Assembly (NCBI GenBank): GCA_963798085.1
Contig: CAWCRS010000008.1
Location: forward strand, 160,001-224,000
Source: an uncultured Gemmatimonadales bacterium
GTDB lineage: Bacteria > Gemmatimonadota > Gemmatimonadetes > Longimicrobiales > RSA9
DNA length: 64,000 nt
Direction: 5' to 3'
Shown one piece after another: positions 13,841 to 26,397 of the stretch. The notes beneath the pieces are model-generated. The model was not told the origin of the DNA, did no database searches, and saw nothing but the letters and a program-made list of their open reading frames with translations. The position numbers and the translations under genes were made by a program. Position 1 is the stretch's first letter; each line of letters begins with the position of its first letter.

Positions 13841-15620
13841 ATGCATATCGCGAATCGGAAAACAGCCCGGCCAGCCAGGGCGGGCGCCAAACACGCCGTT
13901 TACCGTGCCATCAGCGCGGCAGTACTGACAGCGAGCGCGCTGCTGGCGGGCGCGTGCAGCGGCGACAAGTCACCCACATCGCCCAACAGCACGAACGACA
14001 CGCCCTGCGGCGGCGGCGCCGTTGTGAGTCTGGGCGTGCTCCAGGGCACGACCATCGACTGCAGTGCCGGCAACGTCATTGATGTGGCGGGCAACGGCGC
14101 GACCTACCTGGTCGTGCCGCAGTTCGCGGTGGGTGACGTAGCCAATCGCACGACTTCGTTCACGATCGGGCCCGCGACCGCGCGCGCGGTTTCCACGAGC
14201 TCCGCTTTGTCCGCACTGACGCAGCAGAGCACGGCGCGATCCAGTGCGCAGGCCCGGTTCGAATGCCGCCATGCTGAACCGCTCGCGCACGGAGGTTGCG
14301 GCTGGACGCTGGCGCGCGCAGGCGCCCCTTGCCGGCGCATTCAGCGTGCAGCCGGCCGCGGCGCCGGTGCTGCACAGCGTGCGTGGCTTCCGCGTGGCCG
14401 CGTCGCTCAGCGCGACGAGCCCTTCGTACAAGACGGTGAACGCGCGGCTCGAGTACATCGGCCAGCACCTGCTCATTTACGTCGACTCGCTGGCGCCCTC
14501 ATCCGGCGCCACCACGCTCGACCTGCAGGTCATCGGCCCGCTGTTCGATCAGACGCTCTTCACGCTCGACACCAACACCTTCGGCCAGCCATCCGACCTG
14601 GATGGGAACAACGCGGTCATCATGCTGATGACGCCGGTGGTGAATTCACTGACGCCGGCCGCAACCTGCCGGACCGATGGCTACGTGGCCGGCTTCTTCG
14701 ATGGTGTGGACCTGGGCGCGCTGTCCGATCCCAACTCGAACAGCGGCGAAGTGTTCTACACGATCGTGCCCGACCCGGCCGCGGTCGCCAGCTGTACGCA
14801 CACGCTCGATGATTTCCTCGCCACTGTGCCGGCCACGTTCCTGCACGAGCTGCAGCACCTCATCAACTTCTCGCAGCACGTGCTCGTGCATAACAGCGAT
14901 GAGGAAGAAGGCTGGCTCGATGAGGGACTCAGCCGCATCGCGGAGGAGCTCGGCTCCGTGCACTACGAGCAGCTGTTCCCGCCGCCCACAGGTCGTACGG
15001 ACACGCGCCAGCTCTTCCCGGATTCCGCGGAAGGCTACATCACCGGTTTGCTGACCACGTCGTATTCGTATCTGCTCGATCCGGGGGCGGAGACACTGAC
15101 ACTGCATTCCGACGCGGATGGCGGGCTGGAATGGCGAGGCGGCGTGTGGCTGCTGCTGCGCTGGCTGGGCGACCGCTTCGGTCCGGGCATCTTCAAGCAG
15201 CTGGTGCAGACCGGCGCAACCGGCACAACGAACATCGCGGCCGCCACCGGCACCACATTCCCGTCTGTTTTCGGCGACTTCAGCCTGGCGCTCTACACCG
15301 ACAGCATTCCGGGCATTGCGCGCAGCTCGATTCCTGCGCAGTACCGCTTCCAGACGCGCAATCTGCGCACCATGTTCGCGGCCCTGTACCGTGTGGCCGG
15401 GCCGAGTTCGGATTTCCCGCTGCAGTTTCCCATCACGGTCACGTCGCTCAACGCCAGCAATGCGTTGAGTGACGCGATGCCGGCGGGCGCCATGGCCTTC
15501 TACGCACTTACCACCAGCAGCGGACAGGCGACTGTGCGCATTCGCTTCGCCTCGCCTGGCGGTGGACTGCTGCCCGCCGCGCTGCACCCGCAGGTCAGCC
15601 TGTTCCGTCTGCCTGACTGA
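13841..15620 (+). CDS. Zinc metallopeptidase-like lipoprotein, M30/gluzincin-like (one +1 frameshift at about 14262)
   Basis: Lipobox AGAC; FLHELQHLINF with downstream WLDEGLS. Removing one A from TTCGAATGCC joins ORFs 13781-14812 and 14244-15620. Confidence 0.75.
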
Positions 15621-15673
15621 TCGCGGGAATCGTCTGCCGCCCGAGGTTGGCTGCCGCGCAAGCCGCTGAACAA

Positions 15674-15707
15674 AGAGCCCCGCACCGCAGAAGCGGCGCG
15701 GGGCTCT
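15674..15707 (-). terminator. Intrinsic terminator hairpin between convergent genes
   Basis: 15-bp arms AGAGCCCCGCACCGC / GCGGCGCGGGGCTCT (one mismatch, a G-U pair on the minus strand), 4-nt loop, followed on the minus strand by TTGTTC. Confidence 0.7.
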
Positions 15708-15724
15708 CGCATCACGGAGGAACA

Positions 15725-18700
15725 CTACTTCGAAGCCGGCACCATCAGCGTGATGTCGTAGCGCTTCAGAGCCTGACTGACCGTCGTCGCCTGGCCCAGG
15801 AATGCGCTGGCATCGGACACTGCCCGGGGCAGCGCGCTCTTCAACTCGTTGTACTGGCGCAGCAGCGCATCACTGGGGACTTCCCAGATGGCCAGGATCT
15901 GCGTCTTGAGCGCGGAGGTGCGCGCCAGCACGTTCTCCGGATCGATGGCGCCGCCCCGGCCGCCACCGCCGCCGAAGCCGCGGCCGCCAGCCTGCTGGAT
16001 GGGCACGCCGAACTTCACGCGCACGGCATCGAACTGCTTCTGCAGCGCATCGAACTGCGCCTTCACGTCGGCGGGCACATTGGTGGCATCCTTCAGTTTG
16101 CTCGCGGCTTCCGTCATCTGCGGATAGAGCGTGTTGAGCGCACCGGCGGTCTCCGTGCCTCGCCGCTGCAATTCGTGCAGATCCGCTGCTACCTCGTTGT
16201 AGCGCTTGCGCTGCGCGTCCGTCAGCTGCACCGCCGGATCCATGATGATGTGCAGCGGCTTCGTGTCGAGCGTCTTGCCATCGACAACCAGTGCGACGTT
16301 GTAGCTGGCGGGCAGCACCATGGGCCCCGGACTGCCGCCGCCGCCGAACCCGCCGAACCCGCCGCCACCGCCAGCCGCCCACCGGGCCCGCCGGCCCGGC
16401 CTGGCTCGCCTGAGCTGCACGGGTCCTCGGGCTTATAACCGGCTGTTGGGACGGGCGTGGGCACGCCCGGTATGTTGGCCTGAGGCGCGCCGCCCCGCCC
16501 GCCGCCGCCGCCGCCGCCGCCGCCGCGGCCACCCCGACCCGCGCCGCCGCCGCCTGCTTCGGGCGGCACCGGCTCGACGCGCATGTCCCAGCACATCGTC
16601 TGGATGCCGGGCGTCTTGCGGTTCGCCGGACCCTCGACTTCGCGCACCAGCCTGCCCGAGCCATCCGTGATGCGCAGCGCCAGCTGCTTCGCGGGCTTTT
16701 TCATGTCGAACTGCACCACGGCTTCCGTCGGTGGGTTCTCGCCCACGAAATAGGCATGGCCCCAGAACTCGTCGTTGCGATCGTCCTTGCCCTTCCACTG
16801 GAGCGCGGTCGGAATGGTGAACAGCTTCGCATCGCTGTTCGCGGCCTGCATCGCCGTGTACTCCTGGATGGGCTCGAGATGATCGAGCACCCAGAGCGCG
16901 CGGCCGTGCGTCGCGACCAGCATGGCATTGTCGCGCGGGTGCAGCGTGATTTCGTCCACGCGCACGGTGGGCAGGTTGGCCTTGAGCCGGCGCCAGCTGC
17001 GGGCCGCGGTCGAGGGACAGCACAATGCCGGACTCCGTGCCCACGTAGAGCACATCGGGATTGCGCTGGTCCTCGGTCAGTGTGCGCGCCACTTCACCCT
17101 GCAGGTTGCCATTGAGCGAGCGGAATGTGGCGCCGAAATCGTTGCTCACCCACATGTGGGTCTCGAAATCGTTCTGCCGGTGGTTGTCCACCGTGATGTA
17201 GACGGTGCCCGCGTCGTAGCGCGAGGGCACCACCTCGGAGACGAATGCGCCGGCCGGGAAGCCGGACAGCCGGCTGGTAATGTTCTGCCAGGTCCTCCCG
17301 CCATCGCGCGACATGCTGACCACGCCGTCATCCGTGCCCGTGTAGTAGAGGCCCGGCTGCTTCATGGACTCGGCCAGTGCCACGATCGCGGGCCAGGCGG
17401 AAATGCCGTCGTTGCGCGAGATCGTGGTCTCGCTGTTCTTCAGGCCCATGGTGACGATCTCGTTGCGATCGGCATTGGTCGTGAGGTCGGGACTGATCGC
17501 GGTCCAGGAATCGCCGCGGTCGGTGGACTTGAATACCCTGTTAGCCGCGACCAGCAGCACGCCCGGGTCATTCGGCGAGAGGATCATGGGCGTGTCCCAG
17601 TGGAAGCGGAACGTCTCGCCCTGCGGCGGCGGGGGGAACACATTGGCGGGCGTGGGCCGGATGCTCTTCGACTCGCCCGTGATCTTGTTCTTGCGCGTGA
17701 TGTTGCCGTCCTGCGTCTCGGTGTAGACGATGCGCGAGTCGCGCAGGTCGGGAATGGCGACGAAGCCGTCGCCGCCCTGGATCTGGAACCAGTCGTAGTT
17801 CATGATCCCGCGCTCGTGGCGCGAGGCCGACGGACCGCACCAGTCGTAGTTGTCCTGCATGCCGCCGCAGATGTTGTACGGCGTCTCCATGTCGTAGCCC
17901 ACGTGGTAGAAGAGACCCACGGGCAGGTTGGGCATGAACGTCCAGGTGCGGCTCATGTCGTACGACACCGAGATGCCGCCGTCATTGCCGATCATGAGGT
18001 GATCGGAATTGGCGGGATCGATCCAGATCGCGTGGATGTCATCGTGCGTGGCCAGTGCCGCATCCGTAGCGAAGCTGTGGCCGCCATCAATGGTCATCTG
18101 CAGGCCCACGCCGCCCATGTACACACGGTCCGGATTGTTGGGATCGATGCGCACCTGGCTGAAATAGAGAGGGCGCGGGTTGTTGCTGCTGACCTTCTGC
18201 CAGCTGCGCCCGCCGTCATCGGAGCGATAGAGCCCGGTTGCGCCCGCGTCCTGCCCGCCGCCGCCACCACCACCACCGCCGCCGCGTCCACCGCGTCCGC
18301 CACGACCGCCGCGGCCGGCCTCCGCGGCGGAGTCCGGGTTCTCTTCGCCGCCGCCGAAGCCGCCGCGGCCGCCGCCCGGTCCCTCGATCGAGGCATACAC
18401 GATGCTGGAGTTCTTGCGATAGATGTCGATGCCGATGCGGCCCAGCGAACCGTCGGGCAGACCGTTGCCGGTGAGGCGGTTCCACGTTGCGCCGCCATCG
18501 GTCGACTTCCAGATGCCGCTGCCCGGGCCGCCGCCGTTCACGCAGCAGTTCGTGCGCCGGCGCTGGTACGTGGATGCGAAGAGGATCTGCGGATCCGTCG
18601 TCGCCATCACGAGGTCGTTGGCGCCCGTGTCATCATCGCCTTTCAGCACCTGTTTCCAGGTGTGGCCGCCATCGCGCGTCTGATAGATGCCGCGATCGCC

Positions 18701-19228
18701 GCCCGGTCCGAACAGCGGGCCGGTGGCTGCCACCGTCACGATGTCATCATTGGCGGGATCGATGACGATGCGATTGATGTGCTTCGATTGCGCGAGCCCC
18801 ATCAGCTGGAAGGTCTTGCCGCCATCGGTGGACTTGAACACGCCACCACCCCAGGAGGTGCTCTGGCGATTGTTGGACTCGCCGGCGCCCACCCAGAGCA
18901 GATCCGGGTTCTTCTGCGAGATCGTCACATCGCCGATCGAGATGAGGCCCTCATCCTGGAACAGCGGCGTGTACATGGCGCCGTTGCTCGTGGTCTTCCA
19001 CACACCGCCGTGCGCCGTGCCCACGTAGTAGATGGCGGGGTTGGCCTCGTACACCGCGAAATCCGAGATGCGACCCGACATGGTGGCGGGGCCGATGGAG
19101 CGGAAGTGCAGCTTGTCGAACTCCTGCGCCACGGGCAGCGACGGATTCGACTGCGCCTGCAGTGCTGCGCTGTGCAGCCCCAGCAGCAGGGCCGTCCCGA
19201 TGGTGCGATGGCGAAATGTGCGCGGCAT
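15725..19228 (-). CDS. VPS10/BNR (Asp-box) beta-propeller protein, copy 1 (frameshifts at about 17002 and about 16379)
   Basis: Signal peptide, FRSIGPATMSGRI, many S/T-x-D-G-G-x-T/S-W Asp boxes, GGMQDN, ISPDLT. Three ORF pieces join by single-base changes in G/C runs. Confidence 0.85.
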
Positions 19229-19287
19229 CGAGCCCCCAGGGAGGCAGAGTGAGAGTGCGGTCATGATAACCCTGTGTCAGTGCGCGA

Positions 19288-21727
19288 TCATCGACCCGGC
19301 GCCTCCGGGCCGCCGGGCCCGCCGCCCCGCCCGAACTGCGGCGTGTGCACTTCGTATTCCTTCGGCGGTTCGGCATTGAGCAGCCAGCGCACGAAGTAGT
19401 CCCAGCGGCGGCGCATCATGTAATTGGATTCGGCGCCGTAGCCGTGCGCCTGGTTGGGCAGCAGCAGCAGGTCGAAGTCCTTGTTGGCCTTGATCAGCGC
19501 GTCCACCACGAGCAGCGTGTTATAAGGCGGCACGTTGTTGTCCATGGTGCCGTGCGCGAGCAGCAGATGGCCCTTCAGGTTCTTCGCCAGGTTCTGGTTG
19601 GCCTCGACATCGTAGCTGTCGCTGCCGTCCGCGGTCCTGACGTCGAGGCCCTGATAGCGCTCGCCCCAGTCATCCTCGTACTCGCGCTGGTCGTGATTGC
19701 CCGACTCGGAGATGCCGACCTTGAAGAAATCGGGATAGCGGAACATGGCGTCCGCCGTGATGAAGCCGCCGCCTGAGTGACCGTCAGATGCCGGCGCGGT
19801 CGATGTCGATCCATGCGTACTTCTGCGCCAGCTCCTTCATGCCCGCCACCTGATCGGGCAGCGTGTTGTCGCGGCCCATGGCGCCGTAGTACGCGTCGTG
19901 GAAGGACTTCGAGCGATCCGGCGTGCCCATGCCGTCGATGGTCACCACCACGAAGCCCAGCTCCGCCAGCGCCTGCCGGTCGCTGCGCGCCGCAGTGAAC
20001 GCGCGCCCGCCCACGCTGCCCGTCTGCGGGCCGGGATAGGGATTGTTGATGATAGGATACTTCTGCGCTGGATCGAAGTTCGTGGGCCGGAACATCAGCC
20101 CGTAGATGTCCGTCTTGCCATCCCTTGCCTTCATGGTAATGGGAATGGGCGGCTTCCAGCCCGTGGCCAGCAGCTTCGTGATGTCCGCCTTTTCCAATGG
20201 CATCACTAACTTGCCGTTCGCATCGCGCACGGCCACGACGGGTGGCACATCCGGCTTCGAGTACGTGTCCACCAGGAAGCGGCCGTCAGGCGCCAGCTGC
20301 ATGTCGTGTGTGCCGTCATCGGGTGTGAGCGATACGGCCGGGCCCTTGCCATCGAGCCCGATGCGGTAGTAGTGCCGGAAGTAGGGATCCTGTCCGGCCT
20401 CGCGGCCGTTGGCGGCGTACCACAGCGTGCGCGTCTTGTCGTCGAGCTGCGCGATCTGCGTCACCGGCCCTGCGCCCGATGTGATCTTGTTCTTCAGCTG
20501 GCCCGTGGTCAGGTCGTAAAGGTAGAGCTGGCCCCAGTCATCGCGCTGCGAGTACCAGACCACCTCGTTGCTGGGCCAGAGTACGCGCCAGCCGGTGCGC
20601 GACTCGAACTGCGTGGGCACAGTCTCCTCGAACACCGTGCGCACATCGCCGGTGGCCGCATCGGCCACGCGGAAAACGGCCTGTTTGTGATCGCGCGATG
20701 TCGAGACCAGCGCCAGCCTGGTGGCGTCCGGGCTCCACTCGAGGTCGTTCATGCTCAGGTTGTCACCCAGCGTGGAGCGGTGGAAGTCGGGCGCCATCTT
20801 CAGGCGAACGACACTGCCGGCATTCACGTCGATGACGACGCGCTGGATCATGGCCACCACACTGTCGCCGGGCAGCGGATACTTCCACGCGCGCAGCGTG
20901 GGGTGGCCCACCTTCGTCTCGACCAGGTACATGTCGCCGACATTGCGCTCGTCCTGCTGCTGCGTCGCGATCTTCTTCGAGTCCGGTGACCAGAGCAGAA
21001 TGGGCCGGTCGCTGCCTGCCCAGCCCGCATTGTCAGTGGCGTAGCCGAAGTCCTTCGCGCCATCCCGGGTGAGCTGGTGCTCGACGCCCGAGTCGACGTC
21101 GCGCACCCACAGGTTCCAGTCGCGGATGAAGGCGGCGCTCTTTCCGTCGGGTGATAGCACGGCGTTACCAAACGCGCCGCCCCGTCCGCCGCCGCCGCCC
21201 CGGCCGCCGCGGCCGCCGCCGCGCCCGCCTCGCCCGGCGCCGCGGCCCGTGGCTTCGCCCGCGGCCACGCACTTCGTGCCGCCCGTATCGCAGGAGTAGC
21301 GCCGCGCGCCCACGTCGAATGCGATGCTCTTCATGTCCGCGGAATAGTCGATCTCCTGGAACGGCAGCTGTGTCGCGCTGTACGTCGCGCCCGCGGCCGT
21401 GGAGAGCGCAGCCGCCAGCTTCGCGTGATCGAATGCCGGCGCGCGCGACTTCTTCGACGGATCGACCATGATGAACTCGAAGCCGTTCGCCGTCTGGCTG
21501 CGATACCAGAAGCGATCACCGGGCAGCCAGTTCGCCGCGACGTTGCCGCCCACCACGAGACCGTTGAGGTTCTGCGCGAGGAAGCGGGCCGCGTGATCGT
21601 AGTCGGCGGTGGTGAATACCTTGCGCGTCTGCGCGCGCACCGGCGACGCCAGAGCGGGGGCCAGCAGCAGTGCGAGCGCCAGTGCTGGCGCACGCTGCAG
21701 CAGGGAACGGGTCACAGTCGAAGACAT
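19288..21727 (-). CDS. S9 family dipeptidyl-peptidase IV-like peptidase, copy 1 (one +1 frameshift at about 19785)
   Basis: DPP-IV N-terminal propeller. Removing one base gives GIYGHSGGG (catalytic Ser); HGTMDNNV (Asp) and NQAHGY (His) follow. Confidence 0.9.
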
Positions 21728-21765
21728 GTCGCTTCTCCACAGAGCGGGTCGTTGAATGGACAGGT

Positions 21766-24700
21766 TTACGATACGACCTTCGGCCCGACCGTCACCGGCT
21801 CGAGGCCAAGGCGCTTCAGCTCGTTGTTCAGCCGTGCCAGATCCACGGTCAGCACCTGCTGCAGCCGGTCGGTCTGGACTTTCAGCTCGGCCGTGAGGTC
21901 CGTGAAGATCGGATACACGCTGGCCGTGGGCCGGCCATCGCCGCGGTCCACGACGCCCAGCAGTGACGCCAGCCGGTTGTTCAGCTTGATGGGGAAGTTG
22001 AGCGGGTCCTGGCCGCTCTGATTGCGCACCTGGTAGATATCCTCTTCGATGGCGCTCAGCTTCGTGGTCAGCGTGTCCGCCGCCGACTTGAGCGCGGCAT
22101 CCAATGACTTCGTGAGGCGCTCACCCGTCTGCTGTTTCACATCGCGCATCTGGATAACAGCATTGTTTGCTTCGCTGACCTTGTCGCGAATGCGGATGGC
22201 GAGCGCGAACTGCGCTTCCAGGTCGGCCTGCGTCACATCACCGTACAGCGGGTTCTTGCGTACCGTCAGCGGCTGGGTCTGCGCGTGGCCGTCGGCCGTG
22301 AGGCGCACCTGGTAGGGGCCGGGCACCGCGAGCGGCCCGTTCGTGCTCGCGCCCCACAGGATCATGCCCGGGAACGTGGTGGGGCCGGGATACTGCAGGT
22401 CCCAGATCATCGTGTTCAGACCGGCGGTCATGGGCGGACTCACGGCGCCACCCCGCCCGCGTCCGCCGCCGCCGCCACCCTGGTCAGCGGCATCGCCGCC
22501 CCGCCCGCGGCCGCCTCGCCCGCCGCGACCGCTGCTGCCCGTGTAGGTGCGCACCACCTGACCACGCGCATCCAGGATGTCGATGGTCAGGCTCTGCGCC
22601 GGTTGCTTGAGCCAGTAACGCAGTGTTGCGCCGCCGCCGGAGCGGATGGCGTCGGCGGGCTTGAAGAGGTACGCGTCGGCAGCTGCAACCGTGGGTGTGT
22701 ACTGCCGGATCGGGCCAATGTCGTCGAGAATGTAGAAGCCGCGGCCGTGCGTCGAGATCGCCAGGTCCCTCGCCTCGACCGCAATGTCCGAGACCGGTGC
22801 ATCGGGCAGATTCAGCGACAGCGACTCCCAGTGGTCGCCATCATCGTACGAGATGTACATGCCGTGCTGCGTGCCCGCGTAGAGCAGGCCTCGCCGCGTC
22901 GGGTCTTCACGCACCGCGTGCACGTAGTCGCTGGCGCCGATGCCGTTCACGATCTTCGTCCACGTCTTCCCGTAATCGTGTGTGCGGAAAATGCAGGGTG
23001 CGTTGTCGTCCAGCAGCGGCCGTTTCACGGCCACGTACGCGCTGGCCACATCGAATGCGGACGCGTCAATGATGCTCACGCGGCCGAAGTCCGGCATGTC
23101 CTTCGGCGTGACGTTGCTCCACGTCTTCCCGCCATCGCGCGTCACATGGATCAGGCCGTCGTCGGAGCCGGCCCAGAGCGTGTTCACGTCGCGCTTCGAC
23201 GGACCGAGCGCGAAGACGACGGCGTAGACTTCGGGGCCGTTCATGTCGCCCGTGATGGGGCCGCCCGAATGGCCCATCGTCCTGGGATCATGACGCGTGA
23301 GGTCGGGACTGATCTGCGTCCAGCTCTGCCCGCCGTTGATCGTCTTCCAGACGTGCTGCGACGAGGCGTAGAGCACGTTCGGGTCGACGGGCGAGAAGAC
23401 AATGGGGTACGTCCACTGCCAGCGTTCCTTCAGTGCCGAGGACGGCTCGCCCGAGAACATGCGCGGGTACGCGCCCACTTCGCGGTTCTCGCCCGTGCGC
23501 CGGTTGATGCGCGTCAGGAAGGAGCCGTTGTTGCCACCGGCGAAAAAGATGTCCGGATCCTTCGGGTCGGGCGCGATGTAGCCCGGCTCGGCGCCGCCCG
23601 CGCTGTAGGTCTGAGGCGCGCCGCCGCCGCGGCCGAAGCCGCCGCCCCGCCCGCCGAAGCCGGCCTCGCTCGGTACGCAGACGGTGCTCGCATCCTGCTG
23701 TGCGCCGCACACATGGTAGGGCACGTGCGACGTGGTAATGACGTGATAGAACTGGCCGGTCGGATAGTCGCGGCTGCTCCACGTTCGGTCTTCGGCATCC
23801 GCGTTGTACGTGATGGCGCCGCCTCCATCCAATGCGTGCATGATATGCTGCGTGTTATCAGGGTCGATCCACAGGTCGTGTGAATCGCCGCCCGCAAAGT
23901 TCACCAGTGTCTTGCCGCCATCCGTGGACTTGAACGTGCCCACGTTCTGCACGTAGACCACGTCGCGGTGGATCGGGTCGGCGGTGACATGGCTGTAGTA
24001 GAAGGCGCGCTGCCGGATGTTGCGACCCGCATTGATCAGCTTCCACGTGGCGCCCGCATCATCGGAGCTGAACAGGCCGCCATTGTCGTTTTCGACAATG
24101 GCGTAGACGCGCTCGGAGTCCGCGCCGGAAACGGAGACGCCGATCTTGCCATCCGTGCCCGCGGGGAGACCCTGATTGCGCGTGATCTCCGTCCACGTCT
24201 CGCCGCCGTCGGTGGACTTGAAGAGACCGCTGCCCGGTCCGCCGCTGGACATTGTGTACTCGAGCCGGAACGCCTCCCACAAGGCCGCATAAATGACCTT
24301 CGGGTTGTTGCGGTCGATCGAGAATGTCGACGCCGCCGGTCTTGTTATCGCGGAACAGCACGCGGCGCCACGTCTTGCCACCATCCGTGCTCTTGTAAAT
24401 GCCGCGCTCGTCGTTCTGGCCGCTCATGTTGCCCATTGCGGCGACGAACACGATGTCCGGGTTTTGCGGATCGATGCGGATCTTCGCAATGGTCTGTTTG
24501 TCGCCGAAGCCCACGTGCGACCAGGTCTTGCCCGCATCCGCCGATTTGTAGACGCCGTCACCGGCCATGATGTTGCCACGGATACAGGCTTCGCCCATGC
24601 CGATGAAGACAATGTCGGGATTGGTCTCGGAGACCGCGACCGCGCCCACGGACGCGCTGTGGATCTGGCCATCCGTCACGGGCGCCCAGGTGGTGCCGCC

Positions 24701-25015
24701 GTCGGTCGTTTTCCAGAGGCCGCCGCCAGTGGCGCCGAAGTAGCCCTCCTGCGGATGGCCGCGCACGCCGGCCACCGTGAGTGAGCGGCCGCCGCGATCC
24801 GGCCCGATCGAGCGCCAGTGGTACGACTTCAGGATCATCGAATCGAGCGTTGCGGCGGGGATCGCGCCGGCATCGCGGGCAGCACCGGGCGAGCCGGAAC
24901 GACCCCGTTGCGCGGGTCCGCCCGCGCCCTGCTGCGGGGACAGGTTGCGCGTTGCGGCCAGACCGAGCGCGAGCGCGGCCGCGGGCACGCCGATTCGAGC
25001 GAACAGACGGCGCAT
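21766..25015 (-). CDS. VPS10/BNR (Asp-box) beta-propeller protein, copy 2 (one +1 frameshift at about 24324)
   Basis: CAGGAGG RBS, signal peptide, WRSIGPDRGGRS, Asp boxes, GAQQD, ISPDLT. GACATTCTCG -> GACATCTCG restores DISIDRNNPK. Confidence 0.88.
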
Positions 25016-25223
25016 GAGCAGACCTCCTGGGGTTTCTGAACGGAAGAGAGTGTAGCGCGCTCGCTGCCGGGTTGAAAGACGTGGCGGCCACCGATTTCGC
25101 CGATCCTCGTCCACGTGGAAGGCCCGGCGGCGAGCGGCCGACACTCCAAAGTGGCACTCACGCCGCCGCTGCCACGTACAGGTGGCTGTGAGCACACGGA
25201 TCCTCGGGAAGGTCGGGCGGAAC

Positions 25224-26300
25224 ATGCTGGCGAAGATCTGGCGCTGCGTCCCGCTGCTGCTGGTGCTGGCAGGCTGCAAGGCGAAAGACGGCACCGGACC
25301 CACACAGGATGGAGCCGCCCGCACCTACCTCATGGGCTGGGCGCCGGGCGCGCCACGCGCCAATGTCTCGCTCGTGCTCGCACTGATGGACTCCATGGCG
25401 AAAGTCTCCGACATCGCGATCATGCAGCAGCCCGTGCCGTTCCCCGAGCTGCTTGCGGGTGCGTCCATCGACAGCCTGGTCGAAGACCGCAACGGCGTGG
25501 CCTCGTACCTGCGCGCGCGCGGGATGAAGATCATCTTCCTGGTCGACCCGCTCAATGGCCTGGACCGGCGCAAGGAAGATCCCGGCCTGGTGCGGACCGG
25601 GCACAGCATCCGCGAGCCGCAGATCCTTGCCCTGCACGAGGACTGGGTGCGCCGCATTGCGCAGCGCATCCACCCCGAGTACCTCGGCCTCGCCTCCGAG
25701 ATCAACACGCTGGCCGCGCGCGGTGATCCCGCGCTCTACGCCGTCATCCGCGGCATGATCAACACACTGGCGCCGCAGGTGCGGCAGCTGAGCCCCGGCA
25801 CGAAGGTGTTCGTGTCGTTCCAGGCAGACGAGGCTAACGGCGCGTTTGGGCAGGATCCGGTCGACAACTTCTCCCTCATCAGCGATTTCGACATCAATGC
25901 GCTGGGCCTATCCTCCTACCCGGTCTTCGTGTTCGACTCGCCTGACAAGGTGCCCGACAACTGGTTCGCCAACTTCGCCGCCGCCACGAACCTGCCGCTG
26001 ATCATGGTCGAGGGCGGCTGGAGCTCGGCCGCGACCGCGTGGGGCAACGGCACGCCCCAGGAGCAGGTGGACTTCATCAAGCGCTACGAACAGCTGCTGG
26101 ACGGCGTGAAGGCCGAAGCGTGGGTCATGCTCACGTTCACCGACCTGGACGTCAACGCACTCGGCCTCGACCCCGACCGCGCGCTCGAGCTGTCCAACTT
26201 CGCCCACATGGGCGTGCTCGACGCACAGCTGCACCGCAAGCCTGCCTACGCCGAATGGCAGCGCGTCTTCGACCGACCGCTGGTGCCACCCGGCCGTTGA
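25224..26300 (+). CDS. Glycoside hydrolase-like TIM-barrel lipoprotein (clan GH-A-like)
   Basis: Lipobox LAGC; LASEIN and IMVEGGW match the acid/base and nucleophile Glu positions; GLSSYP, RKPAYAEW. Confidence 0.6.
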   Translation: MLAKIWRCVPLLLVLAGCKAKDGTGPTQDGAARTYLMGWAPGAPRANVSLVLALMDSMAKVSDIAIMQQPVPFPELLAGASIDSLVEDRNGVASYLRARGMKIIFLVDPLNGLDRRKEDPGLVRTGHSIREPQILALHEDWVRRIAQRIHPEYLGLASEINTLAARGDPALYAVIRGMINTLAPQVRQLSPGTKVFVSFQADEANGAFGQDPVDNFSLISDFDINALGLSSYPVFVFDSPDKVPDNWFANFAAATNLPLIMVEGGWSSAATAWGNGTPQEQVDFIKRYEQLLDGVKAEAWVMLTFTDLDVNALGLDPDRALELSNFAHMGVLDAQLHRKPAYAEWQRVFDRPLVPPGR

Positions 26301-26397
26301 CGCGGCCCGCCACAGGCGCGCCCGGTTCCGCACGCTCGGCGGCCACCCTATTCTCAGGCGGCCGCCGCTCGAAAACCCCGTACCTCAGGAGCCGCTC

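Noticed and set aside
16480..16560. (GCC)n/(GGC)n tandem tracts here and at about 13200-13310, 18250-18380, 21170-21250, 22440-22530 and 45950-46020 as possible CRISPR or satellite repeats
   Set aside because: They are in-frame Gly/Arg codons inside CDSs, with no repeat-spacer structure and no cas genes.
19784..19790. TGA beside the S9 catalytic motif as selenocysteine or stop read-through
   Set aside because: The frame does not continue after the TGA; removing one base gives IYGHSGGG, matching the intact paralog.
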